Positions 1 to 10,275 of a stretch of DNA of 64,000 nucleotides are shown here, in pieces (positions within the stretch are counted from its first letter, which is position 1; the number at the start of each line of letters is the position of its first letter). Source of the DNA: a virus. Lineage: Duplodnaviria; Caudoviricetes. Made by a program: the position numbers and the translations under genes. The notes below the pieces were generated by a model that worked only from the letters and a program-made list of their open reading frames with translations, did no database searches and was not told where the DNA came from. The stretch spans positions 30,568 through 94,567 of the IMG/VR virus record IMGVR_UViG_3300033066_001351, one strand, 5' to 3'.

Positions 1-2
1 AA

Positions 3-764
3 TACGGTAAAGACTGTTTTATCATTAACGTTTTAGAGACGTGTGATAATATAGAACAAGCAAAACAAGCAGAATTATTCTATATGAGAGAGTGCAATAC
101 TATATGGCCCGCGGGACTTAATGTTGTCGGTGGTGGAGAAGGCATATATTCCACTGAGAGTTATGAACACATTAAAGACGCAAGAACAAAAGGTTTGGTA
201 GAACGGTGGAGCAGTGAAGCCAACAGAGAAAGGCAGTCCAAAACACTGAAAGCGAAAATGAACAGCCCCGAAATTAAACAGCAGTCGTCGGAGGCCGCAA
301 AACGGCGATGGGCTGATCCGGAATATCGTAAAAAGCAAGCCGAGGCGCTGGAGCGTAACCCGAGGACCCACTCAGAGGCTACACGAAAGAAAATGAGCGA
401 GTCTAGGAAACGTGTAGCGGCGGAAAAAGGGCTTACCCCTGGTGGCAAAAAACCCAAATACGGTAGCGTTAAAAACGGCGAGATAACTCGAAAAGAAATA
501 GTGGCGCTGATACTTACGCCGGAAGAACGCGAACGCCAAAGAATCTTAAAACTAAAGCACCGCGACGTTACCGTTAAAAACGCTACCGAAATGTCTAAAA
601 AATACAACAAAGACCCTGAGACGATAGCCAAAAGGGCCGCGGGCCTACAAAGATACTACGCGCTACACGGAAAACCTCCTGTGACGCAGGAAACACGGGA
701 TAAGATGTCCTTGTCTCACACGGTTATATGGGCTAAAATGAAAGAGCAAAATAGCGAACGGTAA
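3..764 (+). CDS. GIY-YIG homing endonuclease with NUMOD3-like DNA-binding tail (5' truncated by window edge)
   Basis: The frame is open from the window start (YGKDCFIINVLETCDNIEQAKQAELFYMRECNTIWPAGLNVVGGGEG), which matches the C-terminal half of a GIY-YIG domain. HSEATRKKMSES and TQETRDKMSLSH resemble NUMOD3 repeats. The DNA is AT-rich. Confidence 0.8.
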   Translation, partial: YGKDCFIINVLETCDNIEQAKQAELFYMRECNTIWPAGLNVVGGGEGIYSTESYEHIKDARTKGLVERWSSEANRERQSKTLKAKMNSPEIKQQSSEAAKRRWADPEYRKKQAEALERNPRTHSEATRKKMSESRKRVAAEKGLTPGGKKPKYGSVKNGEITRKEIVALILTPEERERQRILKLKHRDVTVKNATEMSKKYNKDPETIAKRAAGLQRYYALHGKPPVTQETRDKMSLSHTVIWAKMKEQNSER

Positions 765-766
765 CA

Positions 767-1468
767 GTGCCTAAATATCTTGACACTTCTGGCAATTCTA
801 CACTGGGCATAGGCATCTGTGCCCGGTGTAGCCTTAAGTTCCCGTTAGGAGAACTGCATCCGGATCCTAATGCGCCGGGGCTACTATGTTGCACAGACGA
901 CCTAGATGTGCTAGATCCTTACAGGTTAGCACCAAAAAAACCCGACCCGATCACGCTGATGTATGCGCGGCCCGACGTGAAACTCTATCCCGGCCCAGTC
1001 CAGTATCCGGTCGATAGAATGCAGGCCGCACTTTCCGTCAATTCCGAGGAACGCACCACGGCGCAAGCCATCAGCGACGGCGCCGCGGGATTGGACGCCG
1101 AAGAAGCCATTGAAGGCGATCCTTTGGCCGCGCTTTACGCCGGACAGACGGATCCCCAAACCATCGTCGGGGCTACCTCCATTCTCGGCGTCGAAGTTGG
1201 CACGGACGACGGTATCGCCGTGGCGGCGGAAGTCACGCAGGCCAATGTCAGCACACCTTGGAAGGCGAACCGGTATTACCCGATCAACACACAGGTGACG
1301 CCTGTGAATCCCGTCGGTGAAGAAGCCGCTGGGCTGGAAATATACGTGTTTGCGTGCGTTGTTCCGGGCCTTAGTGGCGCTACGGCGCCTACATGGACGA
1401 CTTATCCCGGCACCGTTGTATCCGACGGCACCGTGACGTGGATTAACATGGGACTATATCTCCCGTAA
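767..1468 (+). CDS. Putative virion protein: N-terminal Cys-rich domain plus C-terminal Trp-rich (carbohydrate-binding-like) module
   Basis: N-terminus CARC...LCC..DLDVLDPYRL...ARPD is typical of podovirus structural regions. C-terminus reads WKANRYY...SGATAPTW...VSDGTVTW. Confidence 0.6.
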   Translation: MPKYLDTSGNSTLGIGICARCSLKFPLGELHPDPNAPGLLCCTDDLDVLDPYRLAPKKPDPITLMYARPDVKLYPGPVQYPVDRMQAALSVNSEERTTAQAISDGAAGLDAEEAIEGDPLAALYAGQTDPQTIVGATSILGVEVGTDDGIAVAAEVTQANVSTPWKANRYYPINTQVTPVNPVGEEAAGLEIYVFACVVPGLSGATAPTWTTYPGTVVSDGTVTWINMGLYLP

Positions 1469-1508
1469 GGTAACATAAGTGTTACTCACATTGTGAATAG
1501 GTGAATCA

Positions 1509-3797
1509 ATGTCCGATCTGACGGTTGATGCGCAGTTGTCGGCCATACGGCAACAGATTGACACCGCCGTGCAGGCTTTGACACAGATGGCCTCGTCCAT
1601 CGACACACTTGCCGCCCAATTCAGCATCCCGACACCGGACCCTTCCGCGGCGATTAACGCCCGGTTTGACGCGCTTGAGGCATCGCTTGCTGCCTTGCGC
1701 GCTGAACTTGTGAACCGTATCGCCGCGCTGGAAGCACGTCCTATCCCGGCGCCGGACCCTGATCCGGATCCCGTTCCAGACCCCGATCCAGTCCCCGACC
1801 CCGATCCAATTCCCGATCCGGACCCTATTCCTGACCCGACGCCGCTCCCCAACCCTAGCGACGTGTCGCTGCTTATCACACTCGTCAACGAAACTTCGGC
1901 GACGCTTCCGGCGCGGTTCATAACTTTTGGGAAAACTTTCCTGAAAGGCCAAGTCCCCAGCACCTACCGCCTCGTTTGCTTCGCGAACGGCGGCCCTATC
2001 CTGAGCCAAATGGATGTGAAAACAACCTATCCCGATGGGTTTATCAGGCACGCCATCGTCACGATAAAACAGCCTGACATCGCGCCAAACGCTTCGGTGC
2101 CTGTGACATTCACCACGAATGAGGCCCCGGCTACCGCGTCACCCGTCAATCTCGCCTCCCGAGTCTCTGACTTGGACATGCAAGTAGTCCTAACACCACG
2201 CGGCGGCCTTGGTGTTGCGGTAGGTATCGCGCACGTGTTCGATGTAGGCCCGTATCTCCGTGGTGCCGTAACTTCCGGTATGGCGTCGCCGTGGCTGCAT
2301 GGTCCATTGGTATCGGAATCGCGCGGATCGATCGCTATCGGCGGTTCAATGCGTATCGTGTTTGACGTCGCGGCCTACGTCGATGGGACCTACCGCACCG
2401 ACGTGCAGTTCTGTAACGACGGAACTATGCAGCAGGTTGGCGGAAAAATGACCTATGATTCGGTCATAACGTGGGCAGGCGTGGCCGTCGATACGCAGAT
2501 CGGATTAGGCCATTACCAATATCAGACGTGGCACAAGACCTTGTGGAGTGGCGGGGAACCGCCCGTCACGCTGCGCCACGACATCGCAAGTCTGATCAAG
2601 ACCGGCTCTATCCTACCGTTTCGCCTTGACGCCCCTCTCCCAGCGCAGATATTTCTTGATCAGGCGATCGGCATGTCCGCACCGGACTGGGGCCAGCCAC
2701 TCGCGCCGAACGGCGTCACGAAATACATGCCAACGACTGGTGGCCGCGCTGATATCGGCGCTACAACCCTCGGCGTCGCTGTTTGGTTGATCCGTCAAGA
2801 CAAAGACAGTCAGAAATACGCGCTGGCTCAAGCTGACGCTTCCGGCGCCGTGCCTTGGCACTTCTTTGACGTCGCGGACAACCGCTATCTGACGCTGGAC
2901 AAATATCCGACACTGTGGGCCGATGGCCGCGGCACTCCAACCCTCACGCAGCCAGTAACGCCGCCGGGTGACGATCGTGGGTGGACGCCAGACACGTCAC
3001 ATCAGCCCGATTTGACTTACGTACCTTACATTTTGACAGGATCCCGGTACTATCTGGATCAAATTAACGCACAGGCGACCTTCAACACCTTCGTGACGTG
3101 GAATTTCTACCGCAAGGACGCACTCGGCATCATCGCCAACGGGCAAGATCAGGTCCGCGGCCAGGCATGGGGTATGCGCGCTCTGGATCGGGCGGCGCAC
3201 GCCAATCCCGATGGGTCCCGCGAGAAGGAATACTATTCGCGCATATCGGTGAACAATTGGACTTTCCTGAACAACCAGATTCCAGCGTGGACCGCGCAAC
3301 AGGGCGAGGCGTACGGTCAAGTTGCTGGTGGATACGGCGACGGTTTCCGAATGGCGCCGTGGCAGCAAGACTTCTTCGCGACGACCGCGGCGCAGTCCGC
3401 TCTTATGGGTATTTCCGGCGCCGCCAGTTTCTTGACGTGGATGGAAACTTTCCTTGTCGGGCGCTTTCAAGCCGCTGCAAAGGGCTTTTCTCCTTACGAC
3501 GGCGTCGCTTACAACATGATAACGATAAAGGTGGATGGCGCGACGCGCACACCGTTGATGACGTGGGATGCTATCGGCAAGGAAATGGCGGCTTCAGGGG
3601 CGTCCAACTACGGGAGTTGGTCAAACGAGGGAAACGTCTACGCCTACACGGCTATACCTGCGCTTATTTCGTTGCTGCATGTAGCGGACCGACCGGCTAC
3701 TCGCACTGTGCTGTCGTGGCTCCTGAGCACTAACCCGCCTCACGGCACGGCGGCTGAATTGGCGGGGATGCCGAACTACAATTTGGCTATGCCGTAG
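1509..3797 (+). CDS. Putative virion-associated polysaccharide-degrading/receptor-binding protein (coiled coil + Pro-Asp linker + enzyme-like domain)
   Basis: N-terminal heptads are followed by a (PDPDPV/I)n linker and a ~640-aa Trp/Tyr-rich globular domain (YMPTTGGRADIG, DTSHQPDLTYVPY, QVRGQAWGMR). The gene lies just before the fibre genes. Confidence 0.5.
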   Translation: MSDLTVDAQLSAIRQQIDTAVQALTQMASSIDTLAAQFSIPTPDPSAAINARFDALEASLAALRAELVNRIAALEARPIPAPDPDPDPVPDPDPVPDPDPIPDPDPIPDPTPLPNPSDVSLLITLVNETSATLPARFITFGKTFLKGQVPSTYRLVCFANGGPILSQMDVKTTYPDGFIRHAIVTIKQPDIAPNASVPVTFTTNEAPATASPVNLASRVSDLDMQVVLTPRGGLGVAVGIAHVFDVGPYLRGAVTSGMASPWLHGPLVSESRGSIAIGGSMRIVFDVAAYVDGTYRTDVQFCNDGTMQQVGGKMTYDSVITWAGVAVDTQIGLGHYQYQTWHKTLWSGGEPPVTLRHDIASLIKTGSILPFRLDAPLPAQIFLDQAIGMSAPDWGQPLAPNGVTKYMPTTGGRADIGATTLGVAVWLIRQDKDSQKYALAQADASGAVPWHFFDVADNRYLTLDKYPTLWADGRGTPTLTQPVTPPGDDRGWTPDTSHQPDLTYVPYILTGSRYYLDQINAQATFNTFVTWNFYRKDALGIIANGQDQVRGQAWGMRALDRAAHANPDGSREKEYYSRISVNNWTFLNNQIPAWTAQQGEAYGQVAGGYGDGFRMAPWQQDFFATTAAQSALMGISGAASFLTWMETFLVGRFQAAAKGFSPYDGVAYNMITIKVDGATRTPLMTWDAIGKEMAASGASNYGSWSNEGNVYAYTAIPALISLLHVADRPATRTVLSWLLSTNPPHGTAAELAGMPNYNLAMP
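1745..1857 (+). repeat. Degenerate 18-bp coding repeat (Pro-Asp linker)
   Basis: Encodes PAPDPDPDPVPDPDPVPDPDPIPDPDPIPDPTPLPNP. Confidence 0.85.
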
Positions 3798-3891
3798 TCT
3801 TCATTTCGTGACAAAACCACGGCAAAGTTGCGCTATTTGGTGATTAGACGCTATATTAGAGACAGCCGTCGCTCAAAGGGTAAATTTCATT

Positions 3892-6633
3892 ATGCCGACG
3901 TACGCGTCTCTAGTCAAGATTTCAAATCTCCCCGCGGCGACGCTTCCTACGACGCCGGGGACGAACCTTGCCGTCTTGTCGCAGGGCAGCGACGGCCTCG
4001 CTTACAAAGTCAGCATCAATGATTTTGTAAGTGGCGCAACGGCGTCTAGTTTCACGATTGGCACAGCGACTGTAACGGGTAATGCGTCCGTCGGCGGGAC
4101 ACTGAGTGTAACCGGTACGTCTACGCTTGGCACTGTTAACGCTTCTGGTGCTGTAGCCCTCAATAGCACGTTAAACGTAGTCGGCACGTCTACCCTTGGT
4201 GTCGTAAACGCTTCGGGGGTCGTTACCCTTTCGAGTGCTGGAGCAGCGTTGGTTGTAACCAACAACGCGACTGTCGGTGGCACGTTTGGTGTAACAGGCA
4301 CGTCTACCCTTGGTGTCGTAAACGCTTCAGGGGTCGTTACCCTTTCGAGTGCTGGAACAGCGTTGGTTGTAACCAACAACGCGACTGTTGGCGGCACGCT
4401 TGGTGTAACGGGTGCCACTACGATGACCGGACTTCTTACCGCCAGCACGGGGGCGATAATTGGTTCAGATACGTTTGCCGGCGTAGAGTTAGCACTAAAC
4501 GGTTCCGCGGCGTCTCTTCGGCCTATCCGGTGGCGCTCCGTTGGCGTAGATCGCATGTCGCTGGGTATGAACGGCGCGAACAGTGATCTTGTTATAGGTC
4601 GCTATTTTGACACAGGTGTTCTCATAGAGAATGCGCTTACCATATCGCGAGAGACGGGTTTTATTACAGCCGCCAAGTCAATTGGGTCTAGCACCCGTGT
4701 TACTACGCCGAAAATTCAAAATTCGTCAACGGCCACAACAGCCGTAACAAGTTTGTCTGGCGACGGTGCGGCTATTACGGTAGGGTACTCCGGCGCGGCA
4801 CTGGCCGTAGGGACGCAGATAACACTTACAAACAACACGCCCGCTACTTACGACGGGCTGTACGTTGTGGCCGCATCTCCCGCGCCATCGTCCGGCAGTT
4901 TTACTGTAGCGGGTACAGCAACCGGCACAGTGACCGAACTCGGCGCGTTTATCACGTACAACAACAGCGCGCAAAGTTGGACTGGATCAACGTATCCGAA
5001 CGACTACGCCGCGTTTATCCAACGGTACACGCCGTCTGGAACACCTGCATCCGGGTTGGTGGCGTATAATTATTACGCAATTAGCACAGATACAGTGGAC
5101 GGTACGAATGCCGCAGCCACGCCTGCGGGCATCCGAGTCGATCACAATTTTGGCGGTGCGATTAAGGGCGGTCGATTTGGGTTGATATACAACCTGACGC
5201 AAACCAGTGCGACTGATGCGGGTCTCGGAACAGGGCCTCCCGGTGGTGATTTTATTCCAGGTACGTTTTTCGCAAATTTTGCGTTTAACAATGGCGGTAC
5301 GGGTCATGACATCGGCGGTGGCCCTAACAAGGCTAAAGGCGGCGCTTACGCACTGTATCCCCAAATTGTCGCCTCCGCGGGCGCCACGTTCTGGGATCAT
5401 TTTGTTGGCGCCGAATGGGATTTTCAAATTAAAGCCGCGCCTAATCATAAAATAGGACAGCATATCGTTCTTCTGGCGGGCGACAGTGCGCAAGGTGTGT
5501 ATAACGACGTAGCCTTCGCTATTGCAGGCGATGAAGGCGTTCCGGGCTGGCGGTCTGGTATATCGTTTGGTGAGCGCACCGCGTCTATGGCGCTTGATCC
5601 TCTAGCGACACTGATCGAAATCCCATCCCGCCTTAACGCCAGCAACAGGAACAATTTGCTGCTGAACGGCGTCAACATTCAGTTAGCCAACATATCAGGG
5701 TCCGCGTTCACATCCGTAGGTTTCGGCGTTACCGGCGACGGGTCAATCAATACAGGCCCGCTCGCTATTTCCCGTACGGCGACTACTAGCGCGGTCGATT
5801 CAAAGCGATTCAAAGCAGCCATAAGCGGTATATCGAGTGGTGGGGCCGGATATCAGGCGCTGCAGGAGATATACATTCTTGGCGGTATTATACGCATTGA
5901 CACGGTAGTTGCTGGCGCTGTTACAGCCGCAACCATCATTAAGGATATTTATCAGGATGCCGTGCCGTCCAACCCACAGGGCGGATCCGGTGGCGGCGGT
6001 GGCGACGGCACGGCAGCTTATTTCCCCGCCAATCAGGCCAAGTTCAATTTCACTTGGACGCAAATAACGACGCTGCAACTTCAAGCAAGCGGTGGCGTAA
6101 CCATCTTCGGCAACGCCACCACGCCGATTACACCTACTTCGGCGGGTACAACCTACACGCCGAATGTGCAGATACTCGCGACCGGTGCCGCGGCGTCGTC
6201 CGCCACGGCGCGGTTCTCTGCCAATGCCAACGGTTCGCGTATCGCGCTGGTGAAATCGCGCAACGCGTCAATTGGCGGTCATACCGCGGTTCAATCCGCC
6301 GACGACCTCGGCAGGTTTGAGTGGTATGGCGACGATGGAACGGATTACCTGGCGGGCGCCCGTGTCAGCGCGATTGTAGACGGAGCCGTCAGTGCCGGCG
6401 TTGTTCCGACTGCGCTGGTATCCTATACGGCGGCCAGCGGATCCACTCCCACTGAACGGTTCCGTATTGGTTCCGACGGTATTTTGCAGGGTGCGGCGCC
6501 TTCATGGTCTGCCAACGGCGCCGTGGCAACGGTCTTGACAGGTATCGGCCCAACAGGATCGCACACAACCGTGCAGGAATGGTTTACAGTAAAGAACGCG
6601 GCGGGAGTTACCCGCTATATTCCAGCTTTCTGA
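3892..6633 (+). CDS. Tail fibre/spike protein 1
   Basis: 913 aa, Gly/Thr/Ala/Ser-rich beta repeats (VGGTLxVTG), N-terminal VKISNLPAAT motif, located in the tail module. Confidence 0.8.
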   Translation: MPTYASLVKISNLPAATLPTTPGTNLAVLSQGSDGLAYKVSINDFVSGATASSFTIGTATVTGNASVGGTLSVTGTSTLGTVNASGAVALNSTLNVVGTSTLGVVNASGVVTLSSAGAALVVTNNATVGGTFGVTGTSTLGVVNASGVVTLSSAGTALVVTNNATVGGTLGVTGATTMTGLLTASTGAIIGSDTFAGVELALNGSAASLRPIRWRSVGVDRMSLGMNGANSDLVIGRYFDTGVLIENALTISRETGFITAAKSIGSSTRVTTPKIQNSSTATTAVTSLSGDGAAITVGYSGAALAVGTQITLTNNTPATYDGLYVVAASPAPSSGSFTVAGTATGTVTELGAFITYNNSAQSWTGSTYPNDYAAFIQRYTPSGTPASGLVAYNYYAISTDTVDGTNAAATPAGIRVDHNFGGAIKGGRFGLIYNLTQTSATDAGLGTGPPGGDFIPGTFFANFAFNNGGTGHDIGGGPNKAKGGAYALYPQIVASAGATFWDHFVGAEWDFQIKAAPNHKIGQHIVLLAGDSAQGVYNDVAFAIAGDEGVPGWRSGISFGERTASMALDPLATLIEIPSRLNASNRNNLLLNGVNIQLANISGSAFTSVGFGVTGDGSINTGPLAISRTATTSAVDSKRFKAAISGISSGGAGYQALQEIYILGGIIRIDTVVAGAVTAATIIKDIYQDAVPSNPQGGSGGGGGDGTAAYFPANQAKFNFTWTQITTLQLQASGGVTIFGNATTPITPTSAGTTYTPNVQILATGAAASSATARFSANANGSRIALVKSRNASIGGHTAVQSADDLGRFEWYGDDGTDYLAGARVSAIVDGAVSAGVVPTALVSYTAASGSTPTERFRIGSDGILQGAAPSWSANGAVATVLTGIGPTGSHTTVQEWFTVKNAAGVTRYIPAF
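4183..4409 (+). repeat. Near-perfect tandem duplication of 114 bp (38 aa) in the fibre 1 shaft
   Basis: ggcacgtctacccttggtgtcgtaaacgcttc...ggtgtaac starts at 4183 and again at 4297, with only a few mismatches. Confidence 0.9.
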
Positions 6634-6659
6634 TTTTCAGGATCGTTTGAGGTATTAAA

Positions 6660-9600
6660 ATGACAACCACACCGGTCCTTATCCCCATTCCGAATCTAGG
6701 TGCTGGAACGGATCCGCCGAACCCGGCGGCTGATCTTGTCGCCGTTTCGCAAAGCGGCGTCGCACGTAAACTCACCATCAATGAATTGCTGGATGGCGCG
6801 CACCCGGTCAACTGGACGGTTGATTATTTGACCGTTATTCACGACGCGACTGTTGGTGGGACTCTAGGCGTAACCGGCACAGGCACGTTTGCCGGGTCTC
6901 TTATCGCGGGCAACGCCGGAACAGCGCCGATCACGCTGCAAAGCGGCATCATTAGTATGCCCGCCAGTCAGAGTCTACAGATTCGCTTGGCAACAGCGGG
7001 ACAAACCGTCGGTATCGGCGCTCCCGCGCCCGGTCTCGGTCAGGCACTCACGATTACACCAAACACCGACGGCAACAACGCTTTTGGCGCGCTGCCCAAC
7101 GATGTAGCGGTCAACAATCGTCTCACTTTCACATCCGCACGCACCATCGGCGGCACGTACGCGCTGTCTGGTACCGTTACGCCTACTGCTATCACAGGTA
7201 ACGGTGCGACGATTACAATCACATTCCCGATCATTTCGGGGATTGTTCTGACGGTAGGTTCGTCTGTAACCCTTAGCGGCGTAACGCCGAGCGGGTATAA
7301 CGGCACGCGCACTATTCTTACCGCGAGCAATACACAGGTAACGTTGAGCGGGTCCACAACCGGCACCGTCACTGTTCTCGGCTCCATGACGTATAATCTG
7401 CTGTCGCCGCAGGTTCTCAATGTCAGTTCCAGTTGGTCCGGAACACCGATTGCAGGTGTCCGGTTTGCGCCATATCGTTTTCTGATATCAAGCGATACGA
7501 CAGCCACAGACGGCACCGGACAAGGTGCCGCGGCGATGGAGATTGCGCACAACTGGCTCGGAGCCGCCACAGGCGGGAAACTGGGTATGCAGGTGTCGTT
7601 GTCCCATACCGGGGCTACCAACGATACAGGATCACAGCAGCATGTTGTTGCCAATTTGCATGGACAGTCGTTCTTCAACGCCGGCGGCACTGGCACGGGA
7701 AGTCTAGCTCACGGGACATTTTACGGTCTAAATCCGCAAATTCGTCTCAATTCCGGCGCCACATATTGGAACCTTGTCAATGTTCTCGGCGAAGTTGATT
7801 TGGCGGTCAACGCGTCGCAGCAGAATATCAATCTCGGCGGCACGGTAACGGCGGGTAATGTCGTTACGCTGACTTTTGCCAGTGCTGATATCGTCGGTTC
7901 GCCCGTTGCGGTGTCATGGACCCTTGGTGCCGGTCAGACGTTGCCGATGGTTGCGAATAACCTTGCCGCCGCTGTTAACGCCAATGCCGCCCTCCGCAAC
8001 GCCAAGATCGGCGCCACGGGGTGGGAGGGCGCGCTAAGAATATACTACTACACGCATATTTCTACCTTGACGATTACGCCGTCTGTGTCCGGTGGGGCGA
8101 CTATTACCGCCGCTCTAGGCACTTTCACCAGCGGTGCGTCTACCAGTTTCAAAACGATGGCGTCGTTTATTCGTTTGGCGGACGATGACGCACCGGGTTC
8201 ATCGGGCAGTGCCCTGATGATATTTGGCACACAGTATTCTCCGTCGCCGTCGGGTCAATTTGAAGCAGGCATCGCGTTCAACGGCCAGCCCGCATACCAT
8301 GGGTCATGGTCGTTCACGCAAAACGCCACTCTGATTGGGTCTAACCTGACGACAGGAGTTGGTAACCTCGACAAAAGTAGCCCAATTCTATCTAACACGG
8401 CTGGTTTTGGTGTTGATTGGCAGTTGGTGAACTTCACCCGTGCGACAAACGGTCGCGCGTTCCGTTCGTCCAATTTCGGCGTCGGCGGGGAAGGAAATAT
8501 CTATAGCGGTGGCGCGGTTATCGCGCCCACGTCCGCCGGCTTGTCCATCGATGTAACCGGTCGCACGGCGTCTTCTGTGGCGCTCGCTGCCGGTGGTGGT
8601 GGTGGTAGCGGTCAGGTTATAGGCAACTATTTCATCGGCGACATAGGGTTTGATGACTACAACGGTCAGTACCGGGTCACAGGCGTCAATGCCAGCACAG
8701 GCGCCGTAACAACCTTTGCGGTGGAGTCCCCGCCGTCGTATTCGTCTGGATCAGCGCCAGCCAACCCGATCACGGTCAACGGCGGATCGGGACGTAATTG
8801 GACGGTCAATGCGACGTGGCCGTCCGCGGCGTCGCTGTCATTTCAGGCTTCTGGGGGCAATTCCCTGTTCGGCGGCACTATCACCATCGGCAATACGACG
8901 CCGCTTGTAGGTGGCTCCAAGTTCTTCCGCTTCGGCTACGGCGCCACGAACCCACTTGTTGTTATGCAGTCCGCAGGCACCGATGCCGCTGGTTCGGGCC
9001 AACAGGTGCTGTCGGTTTCACAGCAGGTAAACCATTCGGGAGCCGGCGCAGCCGCGGCTATCGGCGCGCTCTACAGCGCCAGTACAATCGACGGAGCGCC
9101 ATACACTGACTACTACGCCGGTGCTATGACAATGACCAACCGTGCGTTGCGGTTGGGCGGGGCTACCGCCGACGAAGCACAACACGGCACCTTGTTTACT
9201 CATCAGGTCAAAGACCTTCCTACCGGCGGCTTTAATCCCGGTGACATCATGTCGGACTCGTGGGTCCAGTGGTGGGTTATTCAGGACCGCACCAATCTGC
9301 CGTCAAGCACAGGCGGCGCGCTGGTTGGCGTCGAATTTGACATTTTCGGCAACAACGCGGACGACGCCGCAAGTAAGAAGCGTTTTGCTCGCCAAGTTGT
9401 CCTGAATAACTACGCCCATGACGCGTTGACTCCGTTGGAGTGGGGCTACGGCGACTATTGGAATAGTTTTACCGGCGGCATCAACGACACGTTCTTCAAT
9501 GTTGTCAGTGCCTACTACGCTGGGTGGACTGTCGCCGGTATCGACATGTCACAGGGCACCGGATCCCGCGCCAACCCCTATATTGACGGCATCAACCGCG

Positions 9601-10100
9601 GCGTCGCGATCAAATTTGCCGACGGCGTGAAGTTTGGCTGGAACGGCGACGGGGCTACCGGTGTTTATACGACCCACGGCAGCAACCGACTGCAATTCTG
9701 GAACAACGGTTCCGAAATAGCCTCGATCAGCGACACCGGCACCGGCACTTTCACTGGTTCGGTTGTTGTGTCGGGCTATGTGGACTATAGTGTCGGCAAC
9801 GCTCTTACTGCTGCTGGCACGACAAGGGCGGATGCGCTACAACTGGCAAAGCAGGTAAACCGTGTCACAACCGCCGCAGCAAGCACTGGTGTTGTCCTTC
9901 CTGTTGGTGTTGTTGGCATGCGTATCACTGTATTCAATGCCGGGGCTAATCCAATCAAGGTCTACGCCTCTGCATCTGAAACAGTCGATGGAACTGCTGG
10001 TAGCACAGGCGTTACGTTGACAAACGCACTACGGTGCGACTATTTCTTCGTGGCAGCCAATACATGGGTATCGGCACAACTTGGAGCGGTGAGCGCGTAA
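6660..10100 (+). CDS. Tail fibre/spike protein 2 (paralogue of fibre 1)
   Basis: 1146 aa, Gly/Thr-rich, with several blocks collinear with fibre 1. Confidence 0.8.
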   Translation: MTTTPVLIPIPNLGAGTDPPNPAADLVAVSQSGVARKLTINELLDGAHPVNWTVDYLTVIHDATVGGTLGVTGTGTFAGSLIAGNAGTAPITLQSGIISMPASQSLQIRLATAGQTVGIGAPAPGLGQALTITPNTDGNNAFGALPNDVAVNNRLTFTSARTIGGTYALSGTVTPTAITGNGATITITFPIISGIVLTVGSSVTLSGVTPSGYNGTRTILTASNTQVTLSGSTTGTVTVLGSMTYNLLSPQVLNVSSSWSGTPIAGVRFAPYRFLISSDTTATDGTGQGAAAMEIAHNWLGAATGGKLGMQVSLSHTGATNDTGSQQHVVANLHGQSFFNAGGTGTGSLAHGTFYGLNPQIRLNSGATYWNLVNVLGEVDLAVNASQQNINLGGTVTAGNVVTLTFASADIVGSPVAVSWTLGAGQTLPMVANNLAAAVNANAALRNAKIGATGWEGALRIYYYTHISTLTITPSVSGGATITAALGTFTSGASTSFKTMASFIRLADDDAPGSSGSALMIFGTQYSPSPSGQFEAGIAFNGQPAYHGSWSFTQNATLIGSNLTTGVGNLDKSSPILSNTAGFGVDWQLVNFTRATNGRAFRSSNFGVGGEGNIYSGGAVIAPTSAGLSIDVTGRTASSVALAAGGGGGSGQVIGNYFIGDIGFDDYNGQYRVTGVNASTGAVTTFAVESPPSYSSGSAPANPITVNGGSGRNWTVNATWPSAASLSFQASGGNSLFGGTITIGNTTPLVGGSKFFRFGYGATNPLVVMQSAGTDAAGSGQQVLSVSQQVNHSGAGAAAAIGALYSASTIDGAPYTDYYAGAMTMTNRALRLGGATADEAQHGTLFTHQVKDLPTGGFNPGDIMSDSWVQWWVIQDRTNLPSSTGGALVGVEFDIFGNNADDAASKKRFARQVVLNNYAHDALTPLEWGYGDYWNSFTGGINDTFFNVVSAYYAGWTVAGIDMSQGTGSRANPYIDGINRGVAIKFADGVKFGWNGDGATGVYTTHGSNRLQFWNNGSEIASISDTGTGTFTGSVVVSGYVDYSVGNALTAAGTTRADALQLAKQVNRVTTAAASTGVVLPVGVVGMRITVFNAGANPIKVYASASETVDGTAGSTGVTLTNALRCDYFFVAANTWVSAQLGAVSA

Positions 10101-10264
10101 TGACACCAGAAGTAGCAAAAGCAGCCCTCATTTTCCTTTCGCGTACGGATTTGAAGGGCGCCGAGGTTCAGGCTTTCGTGCAGGTTTGTCAGGTACTTGA
10201 GACCTTGGCGAACCCGTCGCCGATGCCTGACAACCCGATTACAGTCGATCACGTCGCCTCGTAA
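10100..10264 (+). CDS. Small protein coupled to fibre 2 (possible fibre chaperone)
   Basis: TAATG overlap with the fibre 2 stop; MTPEVAKAALIFLSRTDLKGAE... Confidence 0.55.
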   Translation: MTPEVAKAALIFLSRTDLKGAEVQAFVQVCQVLETLANPSPMPDNPITVDHVAS

Positions 10265-10275
10265 GGACCAAAAGC

